From positions 97,987,883-98,020,441 of the forward strand of contig NC_057718.1 in the NCBI RefSeq assembly GCF_004010195.1: 32,559 bases of DNA. Direction: 5' to 3'. Position 1 is the stretch's first letter. Each line of letters opens with the position of its first letter. The notes under the pieces were generated by a model. That model saw nothing but the letters and a program-made list of their open reading frames with translations, was not told the DNA's origin and did no database searches. This document shows, in pieces, positions 22,100 through 32,477 of this stretch. Source of the DNA: Chiloscyllium plagiosum (Eukaryota). The position numbers were made by a program, and so were the translations under genes.

Positions 22100-22530
22100 T
22101 TCCTGCTGCTTCCTCCCACAGTTCAAACATGTGCAGGTTAGATGGATTGACCATGCTTAATTGCCCCGCAGTATCCACAGGAGTGCGGGTTAGGTGGGTT
22201 CGCCATGGGAAATGTGGGGTTATAGAGTTTGATAGTCATACAACATGGAAACAGACTCTTTGGTCCAACCAGTTCATGCCGACCATGTTCCCAAATTAAA
22301 CTAGTCCCACCTGCCTACCCATATCCCTCCACACCTTTCCTGTTCACGTGCTTATGGAAGTGCCTTTTAAATGTTGTTCAAAAATAATTTAAGGTAACAA
22401 TTTTCTGCTTCTGCTATCTAAGAAACTCACTGGGATAGGCTGGGTCTGGGTGGGATGCTCTTTGGAGGATCAGTGCAGACTTGATGAGCTGAAGGGCCTC
22501 TTTCTACATTGCAGGGATTCTGTGATTCTA
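22100..22530 (+). mobile_element. HE1 SINE 3' part, interrupted by an antisense CR1 tail (about 22225-22378)
   Basis: TTCCTCCCACAGTTCAAACATGTGCAGGTTAG before the CR1 tail; GGGTCTGGGTGGGATGCTCTT...GATTCTA after it. Confidence 0.8.
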
Positions 22531-22611
22531 TTTATCATCACATTGGCCCTACACAGTTACCTGCAGCTGAATGACTGTCACGCCCCATGAGGGCTGATTA
22601 GTTACACAGGA

Positions 22612-22735
22612 TTCTGATGAAGGGTCTCTCGATCCAAAGCGTTACTCCAGCTTTTCTCTCTCCCCAGATCCCTCCTGGCCTGCTGAGTATTCCCTGCTTT
22701 TTATTTTTGTTGCTTCTCTTTTTCATTTCCAGCAC
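22612..22735 (+). mobile_element. Old PLE terminus with a decayed hammerhead
   Basis: CTGATGA-A-GGGTC-TCTC-GATCC-AAAG-CGTT followed by CCTGCTGAGTATT; the GAAA core is lost. Confidence 0.6.
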
Positions 22736-23057
22736 CCACGGTATATCACTTCGGTGTCGAATGGCCGGGTTTGTGAGAGGGGCTTGGGGTGTGGTCGCCA
22801 GGCTTCTTACACGGCAAGCTGGTCACCGGAGTAACCTGGCAGATTTTCCCTTCTCTCCCTCCGTCCCGCCAAATGGCCAACTCAAGATCCTTTGCGATGT
22901 GAGGCTGGGGGTAACAGATTCCAAGAGCTCTTCAGACGTGTGGTAGTCCATTAGGGATGTGAGGCTTCCGAAGAATTTCCTTGAGGGCTCCCATCAGTTA
23001 ATGTCTGTTCAGCAGAGCTGGCCTTCCCAGGCTGGAGTTTCCTCACTGAGTGTGCCA

Positions 23058-23400
23058 GGCAGCACGTGACTCGGTGGCTAGCACTGTTGCCTCACAGTGC
23101 CAGAGACCCGGGTTCGGTTCCAGCCTCAGGTGAATGTCTGCGTGGAGTTTGTGCATTCTCCCCGTGTCTGCGTGGGTTTCCTCCGGGTCCTCCCGTTTCC
23201 TCCCACAGTCCAAAGATGTGGAGGTTAGGGTGGATTAGCCATGCTAAATTGCCCGTAGTGTTCAGGGATGAGTAGATTGGGTGCATTAGTAAATGTAGAG
23301 TAATAGGGTAGGGAATTGGGTCTGGGTGAGTGAGTCTTCGGAGGGTCGGTGTGGACTTGTTGGGCTGAAGGGCCTGTTTCACACTGTAGGGATTCTGTGA
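23058..23400 (+). mobile_element. Full-length HE1 V-SINE
   Basis: tRNA-like head, V-domain GGAGTTTGTGCATTCTCCCCGTGTCTGCGTGGGTTTCC, and CR1-like tail. Confidence 0.93.
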
Positions 23401-23729
23401 AGTAGAAATTCAGCTTGCTATGTCCCTCTGCACGCTGAGCTTCTCCATGCAAACCCCACAAGGGGATTGTGCTACAAAGGAGGTGCCTGCCATCAGGCAG
23501 AACTGGTTCCCATTCGGGATTCCTAACAACACGGTCCTATTCACGACATGGATCCTTCCTGGGATCATCTAATCCTGCAACTACACATCCCCATCTCGGA
23601 ATCCAATCCTGGCACCCAGCATAAACCTCAACGCACATTTGGGAAACTTGAACAAGGGTTCACAAACCTGAGCATCTGTGTTCTGGGGCCAGCAATCTGC
23701 AGACCTGCTTCTCTAACCTTTCCCAGTTA

Positions 23730-23918
23730 TGATGTGGAGGAGCTAGTGTTGGACTGGGGTGGACAGAGCTAAAAATCAGGTTATAGTCCACCATGTTGAT
23801 TAGGAAGTACTAGCTTTCGGAGCACTGCTCCATCAGGTACCAGATGATGGAGCGGCACTCCAAAAGTTAGTGCTTCCAAATAAACCTGTTGGACTACACC
23901 TTGGTGTTGTGTGATTTT
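23730..23918. mobile_element. Older copy of the 10556-10820 fold-back PLE family
   Basis: GTGTTGGACTGGGGTGGAC...TAGCTTTCGGAGC...AAACCTGTTGGACTA; degenerate TSD TAACCTTT...GTTA at 23714-23729 and 23919-23934 (13/16). Confidence 0.8.
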
Positions 23919-23999
23919 TAACCTTTACTGGTTAGGCATTCCCTCACCTGTCACCTTGTTCAGGGATTTGCAAGTTTCATATATTCCAGTTCTCTCAAA

Positions 24000-24315
24000 C
24001 CATAGAATCCCTACAGTGTGGAGGCAGGCCATTCAGCCCATCGAGTCAACACAAACTCTTCAACGACCATACAACCCAGACACACACCCCTACTCTGTCC
24101 CTCTATTATCTGTGGCTAATCCACCAAGCCTGCACAACTTAGCATGGCCAATCCACCTTTGGACTGTGGGAGGAAACCAGAGCACCCGAGCGGGGGGAAC
24201 CCACGCAGACACAGAGGGAGAATGTGCAAACTCCAGACTGACAGTAGCCTGAGGGTGGAATCGAACCCAGACTCCTGGCGCTGTAGGCAGCAGTGCGAAT
24301 TACTGAGCCATCGTG
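24000..24315 (-). mobile_element. HE1 V-SINE
   Basis: Reverse V-domain GGAAACCAGAGCACCC...GAGAATGTGCAAACTCC; reverse B-box GGAATCGAACC. Confidence 0.9.
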
Positions 24316-24703
24316 ACACCCCTGTCTGTCTAGAATATTAAATCATTCTTTTCATATCCTCCCCCCCCTCCCCATTTCCACTCCCTTCGATGATGCTGTG
24401 TGCTTCCCAGCATTTCAGTGTTGGCTTCTGTTAGGTCTGTTTTATGGTCTTGAGGATTTTCAGGAATATTTGCAGAGAACAGTGGGTCTTATTGCTTTCA
24501 TCTTGTGATCCATTTGGACACAGTACCGAACACTGCGGCCAAGAAAGTGCAGATAAGAGACGAGCTTCTACCAAGGGAGGTAATAGGGGAATTACCATTT
24601 GCGGGAGCGTAGAGGATTTGTGTGGTTTTCATCACAGGGTCTTTCCTTGTTGGGCTGTGATTGGACTGATTATGTATTGCAGACCAGTAGTCACTCTAAG
24701 AAG

Positions 24704-24717
24704 GTTGCCATGGCAAT
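24704..24717. promoter_or_regulatory. Candidate RFX X-box
   Basis: GTTGCCATGGCAAT, a 13/14 match to the palindromic GTTGCCATGGCAAC, in repeat-free DNA. Confidence 0.45.
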
Positions 24718-25194
24718 CAGTGATGTCAGGCAAGTGCTGCAACATCTGTGTGCTGTTCGTAAGAAAGGTCAGATTGTTTTCTACTGAAACAGAAACCATT
24801 ACTGTGTCAAAATTTGAAGGAGCATCGTTGCATTGTGCATAAGTTCAGCTTTGATGTTTCGTTTGTCCAATTATTTCAGCCTTGCAGTTGCTGTATTTTT
24901 ACGTGCGTGCCTCAGCTAACGTCAACTGAAGTAACAAACAAGAACTTTCATTATTGTGGGTATTCGGTGGCTGTGCTGTATCTGAACCAGCGATTGAATC
25001 TATTCTGAACTATTGATTCTTGACAGGAGTCAGTCGCTCAGCGTGTATTCCAAGCAGTTCACTGATGATCTTGAATTTACTGCCTGAGCAGGCACTGCGA
25101 TGGCAAAGTGCCCAGTAACAGCTTTGTCTCCATGCTGTTGCTGTTGTATTACATTAGTCTGAGGGTCCATCAAATCAAGCTGGGTGTTCAGTGG

Positions 25195-26022
25195 GTGTAA
25201 AGGTAGGAGTTCCATGGTGAATGACTGGGTCTTAAGGAGTGTAATGGAACAGAGGGATCTTGGAGTTCAGGTGCACGGTTCCCTGAAAGCGGAGTCACAG
25301 GTAGACAGGGCAATGAAGAAGTCAGGGCTGAGAGAAAGTGAGGACTGCAGATGCTGGAGATCCGAGACGGAAAGTGTGGCGCTGGCATTCCTGATGAGGG
25401 GCTTAGACCCGAAACGTTGACTCTCCTGCTCCTCGGCTGCTGCCTGACATGCTGTGCTTTTCCAGAGCCACACTTTTCGGCCTTCATCAGTATAGAAGTT
25501 GGGAAGTTATTGCAGTTGTACAGGACATTGGTGACACCGCACTTGGAGTATTGTGTTCAGTTTTGGTCAGCTTGCTAGGGGAAGGACGTTATTAAGTTGG
25601 AAAGAGTGTAGAAGAAATTTACAAGAATGTTGCCAAGACTGAACAGTCTGAGTTATAGGGAGAGGTTGGACAAGCTAGGACCTTTTTCTATAGAGTGTAG
25701 GAGAATGAGGGGGATCTTATATAAGTGTATAAGATTGTAAGAAGCATGGATAGGGTTGGGGAATCAAGGACTAGAGACCATCAGTTTGGGTTAGAGGGGA
25801 AAGAATAAAAGGGAACCTGAGGGGCAACTATTTACAAAGAGTGTGGTACACAAATGGAATGAGCTGCCAGCGGAAGTGGTTGAGGCAGGTACATTAACAA
25901 CATTTAAAAGGCATTTGGACAAATACACAAATAGAAAAGGATTAGAAGGATATGGGCCAAATGCAGGGAATTGGGGTTAACATGGATGGGCATTTTGGTC
26001 GGCATGGGACAAAGGACCTGTC
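25195..26022 (+). mobile_element. CR1 3' portion containing a short PLE insertion
   Basis: LRSVMEQRDLGVQVHGSLK and LLQLYRTLVTPHLEYCVQFWS. Confidence 0.9.
25333..25478. mobile_element. Short PLE terminus with 5' inversion and a hammerhead at 25391-25418 (+)
   Basis: AAAGTGTGGCGCTGG and CCAGAGCCACACTTT form an inverted pair; CTGATGA-G-GGG-CTTAGA-CCC-GAAA-CGTT. Confidence 0.8.
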
Positions 26023-26134
26023 TTCGGTTAACCATTTTATTCTCCACACAAAAGCAACGAGTAAATTTTAATTATCTGACTGGGTTTGAAAACTGACCGT
26101 CAACCAAAAAGCACAAATGCCATTCCCTACATCC

Positions 26135-26305
26135 AGAGATGTGCAGGTTAGATGGATTGGCCATACCTCATAGTGTCGAGGGATGTACAAGCTAGGTGGG
26201 TTAGCCACAGGAAATACAGAGTGACAAGAATAGGGATAGGGTAAGGGAGGTTGGGTTTGGACACGATGGGCCGAATGGCCTGCTGTACACTATAGGGATT
26301 CTTTC
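26135..26305 (+). mobile_element. HE1 SINE 3' fragment
   Basis: AGATGTGCAGGTTAGATGGATTGGCCAT...GGGCCGAATGGCC. Confidence 0.75.
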
Positions 26306-26329
26306 ATTCTATTGCAGTACCCATGGTGT

Positions 26330-26515
26330 TTTTTCATTCTTTTATGGGATGTAGGAATGGCTGACAAGGTTAAGAGTTTTTGTCCAGTCCTAATTGCCCC
26401 TAGACTGGGCAGCCTGCTAGACCATCTCAGAGCACAGTTAACAGTCAGCTGCATTGCAGCGTGTCTGGTGTCACATGTAGGCCAGACCTGATTAGGATGG
26501 CAGATTCTCTTCCCT
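26330..26515 (-). mobile_element. SINE family A 3' part, followed by an antisense CR1 tail (about 26520-26640)
   Basis: GTCACATGTAGGCCAGACC..TAGGATGGCAGATT; then TAGGCCACTTGGCCCTTCAAGCCTGCT. Confidence 0.75.
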
Positions 26516-26664
26516 AAACATAGGATCAAAGGTAGGCCACTTGGCCCTTCAAGCCTGCTGTACCACACAGTAAAATCATGACTGATCCGATTTTAATCTC
26601 AAGTCTACATGCTTGCATATCCTTGATAATCTTTCATCCAGCTGAAAGAGACTAGTGAATGGAG

Positions 26665-26995
26665 GCAGGGAGGGGTAATGGTCTAATGGCTTTATCCCTA
26701 GGCTATTAATCCAGAGACCCAGGCAATTCTGGGGAACTTGGCTTTGAGTCCTGACAGAGCAGATAGTAGAATTTGAATTAAATTATAATCTGGAATCAAA
26801 AGCCTAATGATGACCATTGCTGACTGTCAGGAAAAACTCCTCTGGTTCACTAATATCCTTCAGGGAAGGAAATCTGCCATCCTTACCTAGTCTGGCCTAC
26901 ATGAGATGCCAGAGCCACAGCAATGTGGTTGACTCTTAACTGCCCTCTGGGTAATAATGGCTGGTCCAGTTGGTGTTGACCATGAGTGAATTAAC
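26665..26995 (+). mobile_element. SINE family A, near full length
   Basis: GGAGGGGTAATGGTCTAATGG head; CTGGTTCACTAAT.TCCTTCAGGGAAGGAAATCTGCCATCC body. Confidence 0.8.
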
Positions 26996-27499
26996 AAAAA
27001 AAAAACAGGTGAGTCTTTGTGACATTTGGTTTGGTCACCATCACTAAGACCAGCTTTCAACTCCATGTTTATGAGTTGAATTTGAATTGCACATGGTAGA
27101 ATTTCGAACCCAGGAGTACAGACTATTGGGCCTTTACATTATCAGACGCAATGAATCTCATCCTAGTGGATTCTCTGTGTCCTTCAGTATGACTGACTAC
27201 TTCATGTTCCTCCAACCTTTCTCCATCAGCAGCCAGCTCATTGGTATCACTCGAGCTTTTTGATGTTGTTACCAATTCAATTGTCATCAGGCAATAGATT
27301 CCCCTCCCACCTCTCAAGATCCCCAGGATTCTCCCATTGCATGGCAATCCCCTTAGTCATCCATGCATTGGCAACGTCGCAAACAGATGTGGGACTTTGC
27401 CGAACCTCTTCACCATGTCGTTGGGGCTGCTTGCCCCATATGTGGTCTTAAGCTAGCATCTCCTCCTGCTAAAGATTGGGAATTGAAAACTGCAATCAG

Positions 27500-27782
27500 T
27501 AACCCTGCCTGCGTTTCCTCTAACCTGATGTATTGTATCCATTGCTCCCGATGTGGTCTCCTCCCCGTCAGAGAGACCATGCGCAAACTCGGGGACCGGT
27601 TCGGGGAACATCTATGGTCCGTTTCCTTCAATCAGCCCTGGTTGCCAGCCATTTCAACTCCCCCTCCCACTCCTCCAACGACACGTCCACAAGGCCGCAC
27701 ACAAATTGACGGAGGAACAACACCTTCCGCCTGGGAAGCTTACAAACATACAGCCTCAACATAGAATTCATCGGCTTCCAAA
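27500..27782 (+). mobile_element. PLE GIY-YIG endonuclease fragment (pseudogene)
   Basis: CVSSNLMYCIHCSRCGLLPVRETMRKLGDRFGEHL in ORF 27363-27764. Confidence 0.85.
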
Positions 27783-28706
27783 TATAAACGATTTGGATGT
27801 GACCATAAAAGGTATAGTTAGTAACTTTGAAGATGACACCAGAATTGGAGGTGTAGTGGACAGTGAAGAAGGTCACCTCAGATCACAATGGGATCCCCTT
27901 GATCCAATGGGCCAATGGGCTGAGAAGTGGCAGGTGGAGTTTAATTTGGATAAATGTGAGGTGCTGCATTTTGGGAAAGCAAATCTTAGCAGGACTTACA
28001 CACTTTATGGTAAGGTCCTAGGGAGTGTTGCTGAACAAACAGACCCTGGTTCAGCTCCTTGACAGTGAAGTCACAGGTAGATAGGGTAGTAAATAAGGCA
28101 TTTGGTATGCTTTCCTTTTTGGTTAGAATATTGATTATGGAGTTGGGAGGTTATGATGCAGCTGTACAGGACATTGGTTAGGTCACTTTTGGAATACTGC
28201 ATGCGATTCTGGTCTCCTTCCTATCGGAAGGATGTTCTGAAACTTAAAAGAGTTCAGAAAAGATTTACAAGGATGTTGCCAGGGTTGGAGGATTTGAACT
28301 TTAGGGAGAGGTTGAATAGGCTGGGGGTGTTTTCCCTGGAGCGTCGGGGGCTGAGGGGTGACCTTATAGAGGTTTATAAAATCGTGAGGGGCATGGATAG
28401 GTAAGTAGACAAGGTCTTTTCCCTGTGGTGGGGGAGTCCAGAACTAGAGGGCATAGGTTTATGGTGAAAGGGGAAAGATATAAAAGAGAGGGTGGTACGT
28501 GTATGGAATGAGCTGCCAGAGGAAGTGGTGGAGGCTGGTACAATTGCAACATTTAAAAGGTATCTGGATGTGTATATGAATAGGAAGGGTTTGGAGGGAT
28601 ATGGGCCGGTTGCTGGCAGGTGGGACTAGATTGGGTAAGGATATCTGGTCGGCATGGATGAGTTGGATCAAAGGGTCTGTTTCTGTGCTGTACATCTTTA
28701 TGACTC
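27783..28706 (+). mobile_element. HER1/CR1 LINE 3' portion
   Basis: INDLD..IVSNFEDDTRIGG (FADD motif), WAEKWQVEFNLDKCEVLHFG and LYRTLVRSLLEYC. Confidence 0.93.
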
Positions 28707-28707
28707 G

Positions 28708-29152
28708 ATAACCCCCACCTTATCCCAGGTCCAGCCATCCCTCTCTGCCCTTCCCCCCTTGACCTGCCCTAACCTGTCCATCTTCGTTGTCGAGAATGTG
28801 GTGCTGGAACAGCACAGCAGGTCAGGCAGCATCTGAGGAGCAGGAGAATCAACGTTTTGGGCAAGAGTCCTGTCCATCTTGCTTCCCACCTACCTGGTCT
28901 GCCCTTCCCACTGACCAATCACAATCATCTCCTAACTACATCCACCTATCATTATCCCACCTACTTTTCCCACAGCCCCAAACTCCTCCCTATATTTATT
29001 TCTCGGCCCCCCTCCCCCAGTCCTGATGAGAGGTTCTGACCTGAAACATTGACTCCTCTGCTCCTTTGATGCTGCCTGACCTGCTGTGCTTTTTCCAGCT
29101 CAATTCTTTATTCACTCTGAATCTCCAGCATCTGCAGTCCTCACTATCTCCA
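28708..29152 (+). mobile_element. Rearranged PLE 3' end with an internal inverted block (about 28788-28868) and a hammerhead at 29023-29050
   Basis: Matches the reverse of 6436-6790; CTGATGA-G-AGG-TTCTGA-CCT-GAAA-CATT. Confidence 0.8.
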
Positions 29153-29446
29153 ATAGTGACCTACACCCAGGGATGGAAAGGGTAAGCATGAGGCAGGGTT
29201 TCTACTTTTGATCATTATCCAACGACCAACGCTGAAAGATGTCAGCAGGATGTAGGATGAGGAGAGGGTCAGGTAGGCTCTGACAGAATAGAAAGCCTTT
29301 GGGCTCAGCAGTGGATACTGCACACGGTTGGCTAAGCCATGGGGGAAAAGAACTAGGCAGGGGGGACATTAAAGAAAACACAAGTGTGTCAGGGATGGGA
29401 AAATAATTACTGTGCTTTGAATGAATTGCTTGGCTCTTCTGTATTA

Positions 29447-30215
29447 GCTGTAGCTCAGTTGTTCGCACTATTGCTTCTGCATCTCAGGATTCCAAATTCA
29501 AGTCTCAGTCCAGGATCTGAGTGCAGAAATTAAGGCTGACACTTTGATGCAATACTGACGGAGTGTCCTCCTATCAAGAATGCCTGTTTTTGGAGGTGAC
29601 GTTCATTCAAAATTCATCTTTAAGGGTGGCACGGTGGGTCAGTGGTTAGTATTGCTGCCTCACAGCTCCAGGGACCTGGGTTTGATTCCTGCCTCGGGCG
29701 ACTCCCTGCGTGGAGTTTGCACATTCTCCCTGTGTCTGCATGAGATTCCTCCGGGTGCTCCAGTTTCCTCCCACAGTCCAAAGATGTGCAGGGTAGGTGG
29801 ATTGGCCATGCTTATAAATTGCCCACAGTGTCCAGGGGTGTGTAGGCAAGGTGGGTTAGCCATGGAAAATGCAGGGTTACAGGGATAGGATAGGGGGTGT
29901 GGATCTAGGTGTGATGCTCTTCAGAGGGTCATTGTGAGCTTCCACAATGCAGGGATTCTAAAAACAAAATCCTCTGCCATTTACGGGGGATGTAGAAAAT
30001 CCTACGGCACCAATTTAGACAAGAACAGGTGTCCTATTCACCATTCAGTCAACTTCATTAATGCAAATTCCTGGTCGATGTCTTACCATTGTATGTGGGA
30101 GCTGTCTGTGTTTGAATTGGCTGCTGTTTTGTGTATCGCAGTAGTGAGCACATTTCAAAACGTATGCGTTATCTACAATGTGCTTCTGAGAAATCTGGTG
30201 CTTTACTAGTGAATG
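29447..30215 (+). mobile_element. Near full-length DeuSINE (SacSINE1-like), split by HE1
   Basis: tRNA head GCTGTAGCTCAGTTG..GCACT; Deu domain AGGCTGACACT...ATACTGACGGAGTG; resumes with GGATGTAGAAAATCCTACGGCAC...TGTGGGAGCTG...AATTGGCTGCTGTTTT. Confidence 0.75.
29624..29960 (+). mobile_element. Full-length HE1 V-SINE
   Basis: GGGTGGCACGGTGGGTCAGTGGTTAG head, V-domain and GGGATTCTA tail. Confidence 0.92.
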
Positions 30216-31257
30216 AGGAGGATTTTGGCTCCCCTTTTTTATAGGTGAAATTGAGGATTACAGATGCTGGAGATCAGAGTCTAGATTAGAGTGGTGCTGG
30301 AAAAGCACAGCAGGTCAGGCAGCATCCGAGGAGCAGGAAAATTGACGTTTCAGGCAAAGGCCCTTAATCAGGAATGAGGCTGTGAGCCTCTTCGGTGGAG
30401 AGATAAATGGGAGGGGGGGTGGGGCTGGGGAAAAGGTAGCTAAGAGTACAGTAGGTGGATGGAGGCGGGGATGAAGGTGATAGGTCGGAGAGGAGGGTGG
30501 AGTGGATAGGTGGGAAGGGAGATTGGCAGGTCGGACAGGTCATGAGGATGGTGCTGAGCTCGCAGGTTGGAACTGGGGTAAGGTTGGGGGGAGGGGAAAT
30601 GAAGAAACTGGTGAAGTCCACATTGATGCTCTGGGATTGAAGTGTTCTGAGGAAGAACTCCACATTGATGCCCTGCGGTTGAAGTGTTCCGAGACAGAAG
30701 ATGAGGCGTTCTTCCTCCAGGCGTCAGGTGGTGAGGGAGCGGCGGTGAAGGAGGCCCAGGACCTGCATGTCCTTGGCAGAGTAGGAGGGGGAGTTGAAAT
30801 GTTGGGCCACAGGGCGGTGTGGTTGATTGGTGCGGGTGTCCCGGAGATGTTCCCTAAAACATCTGCGAGAAGGCGTCCAGTCTCCCCAGTGTAGAGGAGA
30901 CCACATCGGGAGCAACGGGTACAACCCTAAGGTGCTCTGCTAAAGAGTGGTTTAGGGAACATCTTCACCAATCAACCCACCGCCCTGTGGCTGAACATTT
31001 CAACTCCCCCTCCCACTCTGCCGAGGACATGCAGGTCCTGGGCCTCCTCCACCACCGCTCCCTCACCACCCGACGCCTGGAGGAAGAACGCCTCATCTTT
31101 CACCTTGGAACACTTCAACCCCAGGGCATCAATGTGGACTTCACCATTTCTGCATTACCCCTCCACCCACCTTACCCCAGCTCCAACCTTCCAGCTCAAC
31201 ACCGTCCCCATGACCTGTCCTACCTGCCAATCTTCCTTCCCACATCTCCTCTCTACC

Positions 31258-31496
31258 CTTCCAGCCTCAGGCGACTGACTGTGTGGAGTTTGCACATTCT
31301 CCCCGTGTCTGCGTGGGTTTCCTCCGGGTGCTCCGGTTTCCTCTCACAGTCCAAAGATGTGCAGGTTAAGTGAATTGGCCATGCTAAATTGCCCATAGTG
31401 TTAAGTGAAGGGGTAAATGTAGGGTGGGTTGCTCATCGGCGGGTCGGTGTGGACTTGTTGGGCTGAAGGGCCTGTTTCCACACTGTAAGTAATCTA
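31258..31496 (+). mobile_element. 5'-truncated HE1 SINE inserted in the PLE plus arm
   Basis: CCAGCCTCAGGCGACTGACTGTGTGGAGTTTGCACATTCTCCCCG...TAAGTAATCTA. Confidence 0.9.
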
Positions 31497-31589
31497 TCAC
31501 CTTTACCCCCACCTCCATCCACCTATTGCACTCTCAGCTACCTTCCCCAGAGCCCCATCCCCTCCCATTTATTTCTCCACCCCTCATTC

Positions 31590-31617
31590 CTGATGAAGGG
31601 CTCCTGCTCGAAACATC
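31590..31617 (+). ncRNA. Minimal hammerhead ribozyme motif
   Basis: CTGATGA-A-GGGC-TCCT-GCTC-GAAA-CATC. Confidence 0.65.
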
Positions 31618-31682
31618 AATTTTCCCCTTTTTTATAACCTCCTTTCAGTCGATTACAACAATTTTATTTATTTTTTTAATGC

Positions 31683-32270
31683 GAATTGAGTCTAGAAGCT
31701 GGGAGGTCATGTTGCGACTGTACAGGAAGTTGGTTAGGCCACTTTTGGAATATTGCGTGCAAATCTGGTCTCCTTCCTATTGGAAAGATGTTGTGAAACT
31801 TGAAAGGGTTCAGAAAAGATTTACAAGGATGTTTCCAGGGTTGGAGGATTTGAGCTATAGGGAGAGGCTGAACAGGCTGGGGCTGTTTTCCCTGGAGCGT
31901 TGGAGGCTGAGGGGTGACCTTATAGAGGTTTATAAAATCATGAGGGGCATGGATAGGATAAATAGACAAGGTCTTTTCCCTAGGGTGGGGGAGTCCAGAA
32001 CTGGAGGGCATAGATTTAGGTTGAGAGGGGAAAGATTTAAAAAGGACCAAAAGGGCAACTTTTTCATGCAGAGGGTGGTATGTGTATGGAATGAGCTGCC
32101 AGAGGAAGTGTTAGCATTTAAAAAGCATCTGGATGGGTATGTGAATAAGAAGGGTTTGGATGGTCATGGTGCTGGCAAATGAGACTAAATTAAGTTGGGA
32201 TATTTGGTCAGCATGGACGAGTTGAACTGAAGGTTCTGTTTCCATGCTGTACATCTCTATGTCTCTATCA
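31683..32270 (+). mobile_element. Young HER1/CR1 LINE 3' end
   Basis: Open frame IESRSWEVMLRLYRKLVRPLLEYCVQIWSP...FFMQRVVCVWNELPEEV; CTCTATG tail. Confidence 0.93.
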
Positions 32271-32392
32271 TAGTTCAATTAGGACTTAGTTCACTAGAAA
32301 ACTGTGGAGCCAATTACCAAGGCCATCTTGACTCAAAAGAAGAATTTTGTTTCCTACCATTCAGTAAAAAATACAATTGCGCCATCAAACAA

Positions 32393-32475
32393 ACACACAC
32401 ACACATACACATACACACACATACATACACACGCACACACATACACACACACACACAAACATGCACACGCACACT
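32393..32475. repeat. Imperfect (CA)n microsatellite
   Basis: Read directly from the sequence. Confidence 0.95.
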
Positions 32476-32477
32476 CA

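Larger units (their letters stand above)
30245..31630. mobile_element. Large inverted PLE pair (minus arm about 30245-30925, plus arm about 30940-31630)
   Basis: Both arms encode AxHFNSPS.SAxDMQVLGLLH.RSLTT; the plus arm continues RRLEEERLIFHLGTLQPQGINVDF; hammerhead motifs at 30344-30371 (-, CTGATTA) and 31590-31617 (+). Confidence 0.9.

Noticed and set aside
10171..22586. TGTCACGCCCC present in two unique islands
   Set aside because: A shared 11-mer is expected by chance many times in 32 kb.
24444..24842. 132-aa ORF in unique DNA
   Set aside because: No recognisable domain, and the composition is consistent with a random ORF.
27553..28062. PLE-CR1 fusion protein ORF
   Set aside because: The PLE part is largely out of its native frame, the catalytic motifs are decayed, and the CR1 part is frameshifted; these are adjacent fossils.
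31526..32182. 218-aa ORF as a host gene
   Set aside because: It is a chance fusion of PLE UTR and a CR1 ORF2 C-terminal fragment, and lacks the RT core.
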